DNA from: Alphaproteobacteria bacterium
GTDB taxonomy: Bacteria; Pseudomonadota; Alphaproteobacteria; Micropepsales; Micropepsaceae
Reading direction: 5' to 3'
Assembly: GCA_013140995.1 (NCBI GenBank)
Contig: JABFRX010000097.1
Coordinates: forward strand, 8,194-72,193
DNA length: 64,000 nt
The translations under genes and the position numbers were made by a program. Shown one piece after another: positions 18,316 through 28,649 of the stretch. Numbering within the stretch: the stretch's first letter is position 1; each line of letters starts with the position of its first letter. Below the pieces are notes generated by a model. The model was not told the DNA's origin. It saw only the letters and a program-made list of their open reading frames with translations, and did no database searches.

Positions 18316-19722
18316 ATGACCAACATGGCGGCGGCATCGGCAACCGGGGAGGGCCAGGGCGGCGGGCCGGTTCGCATGAAGCTTGCCGATGCGGTGAAGC
18401 AGGCGCAGTCGCTGTGCGCGAAGGGGCAGTTGGACGCGGCCGAGAAGATCGCGCTCGCCGTTTTGCAGAAGCAGCCGAAGCAGCCGCAGACGATGCAGGT
18501 GTTGGCCTCGATCGCCGAGCAGCGTGGCGATCCGAAGCGCGCCATCCACATTCTTCGCGAGGCGCTGACCGGCGCGCAGACCGACGCGCTGGCCCTCATG
18601 AACCTCTGCCGCGCTTACCGGATGCAAGGGCAACTGAAAGAGTCGCGCGACGCCGGCGAGAAGGCCGTGCGGATCGGGACTGTGCCTGACGCGATCGCCG
18701 ATCTGGGCGACACGTACACCGCGATGGGCGAACACGATTTGGCGCTGCAGGCGTTCGAGCATGCGGTCGCGCGCCGGCCGCAGTTGCCGCGCGCGCATCT
18801 GGGGCTTGCGCATGCGTTGCTGATGAAGGGCGAGTTTCGTTCTGGGTGGGCGGAGTACGAGTGGCGCTACAAGCTTGCCAATACCAAAGACATTCTGCCG
18901 AAGTTCAAGCAGCCGGTGTGGAACGGTATGCCACTGAAGGCGAGCCGTTTGCTGGTGATTTGCGAACAGGGGTTCGGCGACTGCTTTCAGTTCGCGCGGT
19001 ATCTGCCGATGGTGCGCGAGCGTGTCGCATCCGTTGTGATCGGCACAGGTCCCGAGATCCGTTCGATCATGTCGAACGTGGCGGGCGAGGCGTACGAGAC
19101 GCACGAGCGATGGGAGAACCTGCCGCCGTTTCACTATCAGATCGCGATCTCGAGCCTGCCGATGGTTTTCGGTACGACGCTTGAGACCATTCCGTCGAAA
19201 GTGCCTTACCTGAGCGCCGACCCGGCGAAGGCTGCAGCGTGGCGCACGCGGCTCGATGCGGCCGCACAAGGGCGGAAGAAGGTTGGGCTCGTTTGGCAGG
19301 GGCGGCCGGCGCATCCGAACGACCGCGTGCGGTCGGTTGGGCTTGGCGCGCTGACGCCGTTGCTTCAGATCGAGAACATCCTGCCGGTCTCGCTACAGTT
19401 CGGTGCGGGCCAAGATCAGCTGGCGAAGCACCCGGCGCGGGCACGCGTGCTTGACGTTTCGGGCGAGATCAAGGACTTCGGCGATACGGCGGCGGCGATC
19501 GCCGGGCTCGATTGCGTCGTGACGATCGACTCGGCCATCGCGCATCTGGCGGGCGCAATGGGAAAGCCCACGTTCGTGATGCTGTCTCATGCCGGCGAAT
19601 GGCGCTGGCTTGAGAAGCGCACCGACTCGCCCTGGTATCCGACGCTCGCGCTCATACGCCAGACGCAGCCGGGCGCTTGGGATGGCGTCGTTCAACGCAT
19701 CGCGGAACGGCTTCGTGCGTGA
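18316..19722 (+). CDS. TPR-repeat protein fused to a glycosyltransferase family 9 (heptosyltransferase-like) domain
   Basis: N-terminal TPR repeats. C-terminal KKVGLVWQGRPAHPND...TIDSAIAHLAGAMGKPTFVMLS resembles the GT9 signature DSGxxHLAAAxGxPxVxLFG. Confidence 0.7.
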   Translation: MTNMAAASATGEGQGGGPVRMKLADAVKQAQSLCAKGQLDAAEKIALAVLQKQPKQPQTMQVLASIAEQRGDPKRAIHILREALTGAQTDALALMNLCRAYRMQGQLKESRDAGEKAVRIGTVPDAIADLGDTYTAMGEHDLALQAFEHAVARRPQLPRAHLGLAHALLMKGEFRSGWAEYEWRYKLANTKDILPKFKQPVWNGMPLKASRLLVICEQGFGDCFQFARYLPMVRERVASVVIGTGPEIRSIMSNVAGEAYETHERWENLPPFHYQIAISSLPMVFGTTLETIPSKVPYLSADPAKAAAWRTRLDAAAQGRKKVGLVWQGRPAHPNDRVRSVGLGALTPLLQIENILPVSLQFGAGQDQLAKHPARARVLDVSGEIKDFGDTAAAIAGLDCVVTIDSAIAHLAGAMGKPTFVMLSHAGEWRWLEKRTDSPWYPTLALIRQTQPGAWDGVVQRIAERLRA

Positions 19723-19741
19723 ACTCCAACGGACAAGAACA

Positions 19742-21865
19742 ATGAACAAACCCCAACCCGTAAAAGCCCCCGCCTCCGGACAACGGATGAGCCCCGCGCA
19801 GGCGCTACAGCTTGCGGCGCAGCACCAGCAGGCGGGAAGGCTTGCGCAGGCAGAGGGCGTGCTCAGGCAGGTATTACGGCAGCGGCCGAACGATACGGAG
19901 GCGCTGCATCAGTTGGCGATCCTCGCCTATCAGGCGGGAAAAATGCCGCTCGCCGTGCAGCTGATCGAGCGCGCGCTTAGCGTCAATCCGAACGTTCATA
20001 TGTACCACGCTAACATCGCGGAGATGTACCGGCGGCTCGATCAGCCCGAGAAGGCAATCGAACACGGGCGCAAGGCGATTGCGCTGAAGAGCGACGCGCC
20101 GGATGCGCATAACAACCTGGGTATCGCTCATTTCGATCTCGCGGATTACGAGACCGCTATCCGGTGCTACGAACAAGCGATCGCGCTCAGGCCGCGTTTT
20201 GCCGAGGCGATCAGCAACCGTGCGAACGCGCTTCGGCAAATGAAGCGCTATGAAGAAGCTGAAGGCGAGTACAGGCGCGCGTTAGCGATCAATCCATCGT
20301 ATGCGGAAGCTCATAACAATTTGGGAAGCGTGCTGCGTGACATGGAACGTCACGAGGATGCGGAAGTTGCGTACCGGCGCGCGGTCGATCTGAAGCCGAT
20401 GTATATCGAAGCCTTGAATAACCTCATTTTGGCGCAGAAAGAGCTCAAGAAATACGACGAGGCGATTGCGACCGCCCAGAAGGTTCTTGGGCTCGATCCG
20501 AACAATGGAGACGCGCATTGCTACTTGGGCGGCGTCTATGTCGATCAGAAGAAGCCCGAACCGGCGCTGGAGGCGTTGCGTAAGTCGCTCACGTGCAAGC
20601 CCGACAAACCCGAGACACACAACATGCTGGGCCGGGCGCTGTTCGAGGCGAACGAGCCCGAGCAAGCCGTCGAGGCTTACAATCGCGCGATATCACTCAA
20701 GCCCGATTTTGCCGATCCTTACAACAATTTGGGCAACGTGCTGAAAGAGCTCGGACGATTCGAGGAGGCGCTTCGCGCGTTCGATACGGCCATCTCGCTG
20801 CAGCCGGATACGATCGGCGTGTATGTGAACTTGTCGGACGCGAAAAAATTTCGCGACGGCGACGACTCGCATTTGCGCGCAATCGAAGGGTTCCTGGCGA
20901 AATTCGATACGCTCAAAGACGAGGATCAGATGCATGCGGGGTTCGCTGCGGCGAAGGCCTATGACGATCTGAAGCGTTATGAGGAAGGGTTTCCGTACCT
21001 GATCCGCGCAAATGCGTTGAAGCGCAAGACCGTCGGCTATGACGAGACGACCGTGTTGAAACTCTTTGAGCGGATCAAAAGCACTTTCACTGCAGACCTC
21101 GTTGGCAGCAAAACCGGCGGTGGATTTGCGACGCAGAAGCCGATCTTCGTGCTGGGTATGCCGCGATCGGGAACGACGCTTGTCGAGCAGATCTTGGCGA
21201 GCCACGCGCGCGTGACAGGAGCCGGCGAACTCAAGGATCTGAGCGAGACCGTCAATTCGGTCCGCGGCAGCGACGGGCAGCAAGCGGCGTATCCGGAGTT
21301 CGCGCCGGTTCTTTCGCCTAACGAGCTTGCGAAGATCGGCGAGGTCTACGCAGCGAAACTCGACCGTCATGCGCCTGGCGCCGAGCGAATTACAGACAAG
21401 ATGCCGTCGAACTTCTATTTCTTAGGGCTCATTCATTTGGCGCTGCCTGGCGCGAAGGTCATTCACACGAACCGCAACCCGGTCGATACGTGCGTTTCGT
21501 GCTTCTCGAAGCTGTTCGCGGGCGAGCAGAGCCAGACCTACGACCTTGCCGAACTTGGGCGGTATTACCGCGCTTATCACGGGTTGATGGTGCACTGGCG
21601 TTCGGTACTGCCGAAGAGCGCGTTCCTCGACGTGCAGTACGAGGAGGTCGTGGCAGACACCGAGGGCCAGGCTCGGCGGATCCTCGACCACTGCGGGCTT
21701 GAGTGGAGCCCGCAGGTGCTCGACTTCCACCGCACGGAACGCCCCGTGAAAACGGCAAGCGCGCGTCAGGTGCGCCAGCCGATCTACGGGTCGTCGGTTC
21801 AGCGTTGGCGTAACTACGAAAAGTTCCTCACGCCACTGCTTCAGGAACTGGGCGACCTCGCTTAG
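19742..21865 (+). CDS. TPR-repeat protein fused to a sulfotransferase domain
   Basis: About 10 TPR units (AxxNLGxxL / YxxAIxLxP pattern). Then the PAPS-binding 5'-PSB motif GMPRSGTTLVEQIL and the 3'-PB-like IHTNRNPVDTCVSCF. ATG 19742 lies 19 nt after the GT9 gene. Confidence 0.75.
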   Translation: MNKPQPVKAPASGQRMSPAQALQLAAQHQQAGRLAQAEGVLRQVLRQRPNDTEALHQLAILAYQAGKMPLAVQLIERALSVNPNVHMYHANIAEMYRRLDQPEKAIEHGRKAIALKSDAPDAHNNLGIAHFDLADYETAIRCYEQAIALRPRFAEAISNRANALRQMKRYEEAEGEYRRALAINPSYAEAHNNLGSVLRDMERHEDAEVAYRRAVDLKPMYIEALNNLILAQKELKKYDEAIATAQKVLGLDPNNGDAHCYLGGVYVDQKKPEPALEALRKSLTCKPDKPETHNMLGRALFEANEPEQAVEAYNRAISLKPDFADPYNNLGNVLKELGRFEEALRAFDTAISLQPDTIGVYVNLSDAKKFRDGDDSHLRAIEGFLAKFDTLKDEDQMHAGFAAAKAYDDLKRYEEGFPYLIRANALKRKTVGYDETTVLKLFERIKSTFTADLVGSKTGGGFATQKPIFVLGMPRSGTTLVEQILASHARVTGAGELKDLSETVNSVRGSDGQQAAYPEFAPVLSPNELAKIGEVYAAKLDRHAPGAERITDKMPSNFYFLGLIHLALPGAKVIHTNRNPVDTCVSCFSKLFAGEQSQTYDLAELGRYYRAYHGLMVHWRSVLPKSAFLDVQYEEVVADTEGQARRILDHCGLEWSPQVLDFHRTERPVKTASARQVRQPIYGSSVQRWRNYEKFLTPLLQELGDLA

Positions 21866-22497
21866 GCAGTGATCGCGCGCGACATCGCGTCGAACGATTG
21901 GCGGAAGCCGTGCAGCAGCTGGTCGATGCGGACCTTGCGGTCCTGCTGCTGGCGGTCCTTGACCGTATAGACCAGCGAGAGCGTTTGCCCGGCGCGGAGT
22001 TGTTCGACCGCTTCGGCCGGCAGAGCGCCTTGGACCAGGCATTGCTTCGCGTTGCATTTGATCGGGGCCTTGAAGGCCGAGTTCTTATCGACGGCGAAGC
22101 TCACGCTGTCCGACGCCTTTGCGCCCAGCGGCAGCACGAACAGGATCCCGGGGGCCGGCTGGTTGTTCATCATCACGACGTTGAAGCCCGCAGCCAGCAC
22201 GGCCGCATTGTTGGGGCCGCGAACCGTCATCTTCGCATTCGTTAAGCAGAGGCGCTTACCGGCTTCTTCACCAGGATTCTGGACGTTGTGGCAGCTTAAC
22301 GTCCACAATCCGAACGCCTGTTTGCCTACGAAGCCGGGCTCGATCGCGACGTCCTGAACCGGCGGCAAGCGTACGGCGCGCGGACCCTGGTCCGGGCGAT
22401 GCTCGCGCGACCACTGATAGGCCAAGACCGACACCCAGATGAGGGCTGCGACCGCGCCAATGCCGACCAAGGTGCTTGTCTCGAAAAGTCTTTTCAT
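21862..22497 (-). CDS. Invasion-associated locus B (IalB)-like periplasmic protein
   Basis: N-terminal membrane anchor or signal MKRLFETSTLVGIGAVAALIWVSVLAY. Conserved Trp/Cys pattern (WTLSCHN...CLTNA...IKCNAKQCLV) reminiscent of the IalB family. Confidence 0.45.
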   Translation of the reverse strand: MKRLFETSTLVGIGAVAALIWVSVLAYQWSREHRPDQGPRAVRLPPVQDVAIEPGFVGKQAFGLWTLSCHNVQNPGEEAGKRLCLTNAKMTVRGPNNAAVLAAGFNVVMMNNQPAPGILFVLPLGAKASDSVSFAVDKNSAFKAPIKCNAKQCLVQGALPAEAVEQLRAGQTLSLVYTVKDRQQQDRKVRIDQLLHGFRQSFDAMSRAITA

Positions 22498-22683
22498 TCG
22501 CCGCCTGGTGATTTGGTTAAGGCTGGAGAGACTAGGTGAGCGCGGAACGTGCTTCAATCCGGGGCAGTTGCAACCTTAAGACGCGAGAAGACGCGTTCAG
22601 CAGGTTCACGCCGCGCTCCGGCAATGGTAGAAATCCCCTTCGTTTAACGGGCCTAACAAATCCCCAGGCTCGCGGGGTGGCGT

Positions 22684-23820
22684 ATGACGCGGTGGATCAT
22701 CTTCGCCGGCCTCACGGCGCTGATCGTGACCGGTTACTTTGCAACGTTCTATGCGCACGGAAAATCGTTCTGGCGCAGCGTGCAAACCGTGCCCGCGGAG
22801 CTTCAAAAACAAGCCGAAGATACGATCGCGAAAACCGGTGCGCAACGCTGGGCCCGCGTGCAAGTGGACGGCCAAGTCGCCTACCTGACCGGTCAGGCGC
22901 CGACCGAGGCCGATCGCGACGACCTAAAGCTCGCAGTGCGCCAGGCGGCCGGTCGCGGCGGGTCGTGGTGGGGCGGCATTACCCAGGTTCGGGACAGCAT
23001 GTCGTTGGCGCCCTTGCGCAAACCGTACTTCTGGCAGGCGCGGCGCGGCGAGAACGGGCGAGTCAGCTTGATGGGGTACGTGCCGGGACAGCGCTACTAC
23101 CGCGAGATCAAGACTGCGGCCAAAAATCTGTTTCCGACCGGCGTGGACGATCAGTTGGAGATTGCGGGCGGACACCCGACCGGGCCCTGGGCGGAAACGG
23201 CGATCGACGGACTCAGGCAACTGACGAAGCTGATCTCGGGCGAGGTCAGGTTCGAAAATCAAACGCTGACGATCAAAGGTGAAGCACGCGACAGCGCGGC
23301 ACAGGCTGCGACCTATGCGTGGGCAAAGGCGATCCCGCGTCCCTATCAAGGCGGCGCGGACGTGTCGCTGGCGGATGCGGTGGCGCTTCCCGACGTGACG
23401 GAAGACACGCCGCAAGTGGCGGAGCCGATTGTGGCCGCGCCCGTGCAGCGGCTGGCGGCTGCGGACTGCCAGAAGATCATCAACAAGGTGATGGCGGCGA
23501 ATACAGTTTCGTTCGATCACACCAAAGCCAGCATCAAGAGCGGTACGAAGAGGCTCGACAAAATTGCGCAATTGGGCGTCGATTGTGGGACAGTGCAGTT
23601 TAGGGTCACTGGACACACCGATGGTTCGAGCCTTGAGGGTGCGATCGAATATTTGAGCCAAGATCGAGCTCTCGCCGTGTCGAAGTATCTGCAAGACAAT
23701 GGTATCTCGCGGGATCGCATCAAAACCGATGGCGCCGGATCATCGTCACCGGTTGGCGACGTGGATACGCCCGAAGGCCAGGCGCGCAATCGCCGGGCCG
23801 AAGTGTCGATTGTGCCTTAG
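22684..23820 (+). CDS. OmpA family peptidoglycan-binding protein with an N-terminal TM segment
   Basis: C-terminal OmpA-like domain FDHTKASIKSG...VTGHTDGSS...YLSQDRALAVSKYL...GQARNRRAEVSI. N-terminal TM helix. Confidence 0.8.
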   Translation: MTRWIIFAGLTALIVTGYFATFYAHGKSFWRSVQTVPAELQKQAEDTIAKTGAQRWARVQVDGQVAYLTGQAPTEADRDDLKLAVRQAAGRGGSWWGGITQVRDSMSLAPLRKPYFWQARRGENGRVSLMGYVPGQRYYREIKTAAKNLFPTGVDDQLEIAGGHPTGPWAETAIDGLRQLTKLISGEVRFENQTLTIKGEARDSAAQAATYAWAKAIPRPYQGGADVSLADAVALPDVTEDTPQVAEPIVAAPVQRLAAADCQKIINKVMAANTVSFDHTKASIKSGTKRLDKIAQLGVDCGTVQFRVTGHTDGSSLEGAIEYLSQDRALAVSKYLQDNGISRDRIKTDGAGSSSPVGDVDTPEGQARNRRAEVSIVP

Positions 23821-23840
23821 GAACGGACGAAGCGAGCCCC

Positions 23841-25517
23841 ATGCTGTACCTGATCGTCCAAACCTGGTTGTTCCTTCTGATCGCGTGGCTGATCGGCATG
23901 GCGGTCGGCTTTGCGCTGTCGCGAGACCAAAAATCGCAGCGCCACGGCCAAGTTGAAGACGAGCTTCGCGAAGAGCGGGCACGCACGATTGCGCTCGGCA
24001 AAGATGTCGAGGATTTCCGCAACCGGGTGACCGACCTGGAAGGGTTGCCGCAAGGGGTGCGCGCCTCGCGGGTCGCTGCCCGCGAAGAGATGACGAGCCG
24101 CATCAGCCAGCTTGAGCGTGAACTTGACGCCGCGCGGGCGAATGAGAAGCGGGCGGGCGACGAGACGGAACGCTTGCGCTCGGACGTGGACGGGTTTCGT
24201 CAGCGTTACCTGGAAGCGCGGGCGAAGTGGGACGAGTACCAAGCGAAGGCCGAGGCGCTGGCCTCTTCGCCGCAACTCAATCTGACGGAAGCCCATATCG
24301 CGCCGACCGATACAATGCGTAAGCGCATGGTGGACCTTGAGGGTCAGCTTGCGGATGCGGGTAAGGGCCGCGAGCGTGCGCTCGACCAGGCAAAGATGCT
24401 GTCGTCGCGAGTGAGCGAGCTTGAACGGCTACTGGCCTCAGCCGGCAGTGGCAAAGCAGGCGGTGACTTCAAGACGCTGCAGACGCGGATCGGGGAGCTG
24501 GAGGCGCAGCTTGCGACGTCCGCGCAGGCGCGCGAGCGGGCGCTTGAGCAGGCGAAGTTCCTGTCCACGCGGATCGGCGAGTTGGAGAAGGGCTTCCAGG
24601 CCGTCGGCGCGGACAGGGCGAATGAGCAAAGCCGGGTCTTGCAAGCGCGGATCGGCGAGTTGGAAACGCAGCTTGCTGGGGCTAGCCAGATTCGTTTGGA
24701 GGCGAGCGATCAGGTGAGGACGCTCAACGCGCGCATCGGCGAGCTTGAAGGGCAGCTTGCAAACACCGGCAAAGCCAGCGAGGCGACGAAGGTCTTGCAG
24801 GCACGCATCGCCGAGTTGGAAGGGCGGCTATCGACGGGGATTTCGGCCGCGCGCGAGACCGATGCGCTGCGTTCGCGCGTCGCCGACTTGCAGGACAAGT
24901 TGGGCGAAGCCGAAGTTGCGTTGAGCCGTGCGATTACGACGACACGCCAGGATGCGGCGGGCGAGGCGGTGGCAGCGAAGGCCGTCGCTGAAGCTGCGGC
25001 GCTGCGGTCGCGCTTAAGCGAGACGGAGACAAGGCTAAACGAGGCACAGCAGCAGGCGAGCGAGTCGCGCGCGCTCCGGCTTCGGCTGGCGGATGCCGAA
25101 TCGCGGCCGGCGAAAATGGAGAGCACAGAGCGGGTCGCGGAACTTGAGAAGGCGCTGGAGCGTTCGCGCCGGCAAGCGAGCGAAGCAGAGTCTTTGCGCG
25201 CGCAGGTCACGAGCTTGGAATCGCGTTTGGCGTTGGCGCAGAACGCGGTCGACGAGCGTGCGGGCAAAGGCGAGGATGTCGGCTTGCTGAAAGCGCGGCT
25301 GTCCGACGTCGAGGCGCGGCTGATGTCGTCGAGCCAGGCCTCGATGGAGTTCGAGTCGCTTCGGAGCCGCGTGATGTCGCTCGAGGCTTTGCTGCACGAA
25401 GCGGCGAAGTCGCGCGATGAAGCGGCCATTTTGCGCTCGAAAGTCGCCGAGCTCGACGGGCGGTTGGGCCAGGCCATGAAGGCCGTCACTGGGTCTCGCG
25501 AGAGCGAGAAGGTCTAA
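23841..25517 (+). CDS. Membrane-anchored coiled-coil repeat protein (hypothetical)
   Basis: N-terminal TM helix LYLIVQTWLFLLIAWLIGMAVGFAL, then about 500 aa rich in A/E/R/L with repeated L-x-x-R-[IV]-x-E-L-E-x-Q-L units. Starts 21 nt after the OmpA-family gene. Confidence 0.65.
   Translation: MLYLIVQTWLFLLIAWLIGMAVGFALSRDQKSQRHGQVEDELREERARTIALGKDVEDFRNRVTDLEGLPQGVRASRVAAREEMTSRISQLERELDAARANEKRAGDETERLRSDVDGFRQRYLEARAKWDEYQAKAEALASSPQLNLTEAHIAPTDTMRKRMVDLEGQLADAGKGRERALDQAKMLSSRVSELERLLASAGSGKAGGDFKTLQTRIGELEAQLATSAQARERALEQAKFLSTRIGELEKGFQAVGADRANEQSRVLQARIGELETQLAGASQIRLEASDQVRTLNARIGELEGQLANTGKASEATKVLQARIAELEGRLSTGISAARETDALRSRVADLQDKLGEAEVALSRAITTTRQDAAGEAVAAKAVAEAAALRSRLSETETRLNEAQQQASESRALRLRLADAESRPAKMESTERVAELEKALERSRRQASEAESLRAQVTSLESRLALAQNAVDERAGKGEDVGLLKARLSDVEARLMSSSQASMEFESLRSRVMSLEALLHEAAKSRDEAAILRSKVAELDGRLGQAMKAVTGSRESEKV
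24390..25470 (+). repeat. In-frame periodic repeats (about 25-29 codons) inside the coiled-coil gene
   Basis: Recurrent DNA words such as CGGATCGGCGAGTTGGA(A/G) near 24484, 24571, 24649, 24727 and 24802. At least 12 peptide copies of LxxR[IVL]x[ED]LExxL. Confidence 0.7.
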
Positions 25518-25579
25518 CTACAGCGCGTGCCTGCTGTTTTTCTGCGGTTGACGGCAGGCGCGTTCGAGCCGACATTCCC

Positions 25580-27596
<2,017 letters not shown>

Positions 27597-27632
27597 AGGC
27601 ATCTTTACGAGGATCGCGTGCCGTGATAGGTG

Positions 27633-27653
27633 TTACCTCCTATTTTGAGGTAA
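27633..27653. promoter_or_regulatory. Inverted repeat overlapping the vapB ribosome-binding site (possible VapBC operator)
   Basis: TTACCTC-CTATTTT-GAGGTAA. The right arm contains the GAGG Shine-Dalgarno about 10 nt before ATG 27661. Confidence 0.35.
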
Positions 27654-27660
27654 TACTTCG

Positions 27661-27900
27661 ATGACGACACTAACGAGCAAGGGGCAAGTGACGATCCCAA
27701 AGCGCTTACGCGATCATTTACGGCTTAAGCCGGGTGCGGAGGTTGAATTCGAAGTCATAACCGACGGGCGGGTGGTCATCGTGGCAAAGGGAAATGGCCC
27801 GCGCGGTAAAAGCCGGTTTGCAAAGCTCGTGGGCAGCGCCAAAGGCAAGAGCAGCAACATGACGACCGACCAACTCATGGCGCTCACGCGCGGCGAGTAG
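27661..27900 (+). CDS. vapB: AbrB/SpoVT-family antitoxin (VapB-like)
   Basis: MTTLTSKGQVTIPKRLRDHLRLKPGAEVEFEV swapped-hairpin motif; 79 aa; immediately precedes a PIN-domain gene. Confidence 0.85.
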   Translation: MTTLTSKGQVTIPKRLRDHLRLKPGAEVEFEVITDGRVVIVAKGNGPRGKSRFAKLVGSAKGKSSNMTTDQLMALTRGE

Positions 27901-27906
27901 GGCCCT

Positions 27907-28305
27907 TTGATTCTTGTCGACACAAACGTGTTGCTCGATGTCGTGACAGACGATCCGGTTTGGAAGCCTTGGTCTCTTGCGCAACTGGAGGCAGCAGCTG
28001 CGAGTGATCGACTGGCGATCAATGAGGTTGTCTTTGCCGAACTCTCTGTCAAATACAGCCGTATCGAGGACGTCGAGAAACTGATCGACGATGCAGACCT
28101 CATCGTAGAAAGGACGCCGCGTGGCGCGCTGTTCCTTGCGGGGCAGACCTATCAAAGCTACCGGAAATCGGGCGGTCAGCGTACGGGTGTCTTGCCCGAC
28201 TTTTTCATTGGTGCGCATGCCGCCGTTGCCGGCGTTGCGTTGCTCACGCGCGATTCGCGGCGGTATCGGACCTACTTTCCACGCGTGAAGCTGCTGGCTC
28301 CGTAA
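27907..28305 (+). CDS. vapC: PIN-domain ribonuclease toxin (VapC-like)
   Basis: ILVDTNVLLDVV (first acidic residue); 132 aa; TTG start 6 nt after the vapB stop. Confidence 0.8.
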   Translation: MILVDTNVLLDVVTDDPVWKPWSLAQLEAAAASDRLAINEVVFAELSVKYSRIEDVEKLIDDADLIVERTPRGALFLAGQTYQSYRKSGGQRTGVLPDFFIGAHAAVAGVALLTRDSRRYRTYFPRVKLLAP

Positions 28306-28448
28306 CCCACTTTAGCCTCGTGATCATCGTCACAGAGCGCGCGAGATGAACGGATTCTGAACAGCCTGGCGATAACGCCATTCAGGTTCGAGGGCGCATC
28401 CTCGTCTCAACGCTCGATCATACGAGCCGGAGAGAAGGAAACGCCCAA

Positions 28449-28532
28449 ATGACCACGTCCAGAGATTTCGTGAACACCGCCGTTCTGACCGCGCTCGTCG
28501 TTCTGATCGCGTTCTTGCCCCGGATGTTCTGA
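28449..28532 (+). CDS. Candidate 27-aa hydrophobic small membrane peptide (below the ORF-track cutoff)
   Basis: ATG preceded by GGAGAGAAGGAA. Translation is MTTSRDFVNTAVLTALVVLIAFLPRMF, one TM-length helix. No family recognised. Confidence 0.3.
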   Translation: MTTSRDFVNTAVLTALVVLIAFLPRMF

Positions 28533-28580
28533 GCCAGTTTTGTTCACGCAGCGGGGCATGTCAGCGCTCCTCGTCCGCGG

Positions 28581-28618
28581 AAAATGAAGCGGGGCCGCCC
28601 GGTCGCCCGGACGGCCCC
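28581..28618 (-). terminator. Rho-independent-type terminator of the low-complexity protein gene
   Basis: GGGGCCG(C)CCGG-TCGC-CCGG(A)CGGCCCC; on the minus strand it is followed by GCUUCAUUUU. Confidence 0.6.
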
Positions 28619-28649
28619 ATCCCCTTCGTAACGGGCAGACTATGTCGCC

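Noticed and set aside
18280-19314. 344-aa minus-strand ORF opposite the TPR-GT9 gene. The same judgement applies to 46985-48103 (opposite ccr), 8936-9880 (opposite vWA), 25830-26816 (opposite thiC), 32029-32844 (opposite hemA) and 43283-44323 (off-frame in ecm)
   Set aside because: All overlap genes with strong family signatures and have Arg-rich, low-information translations.
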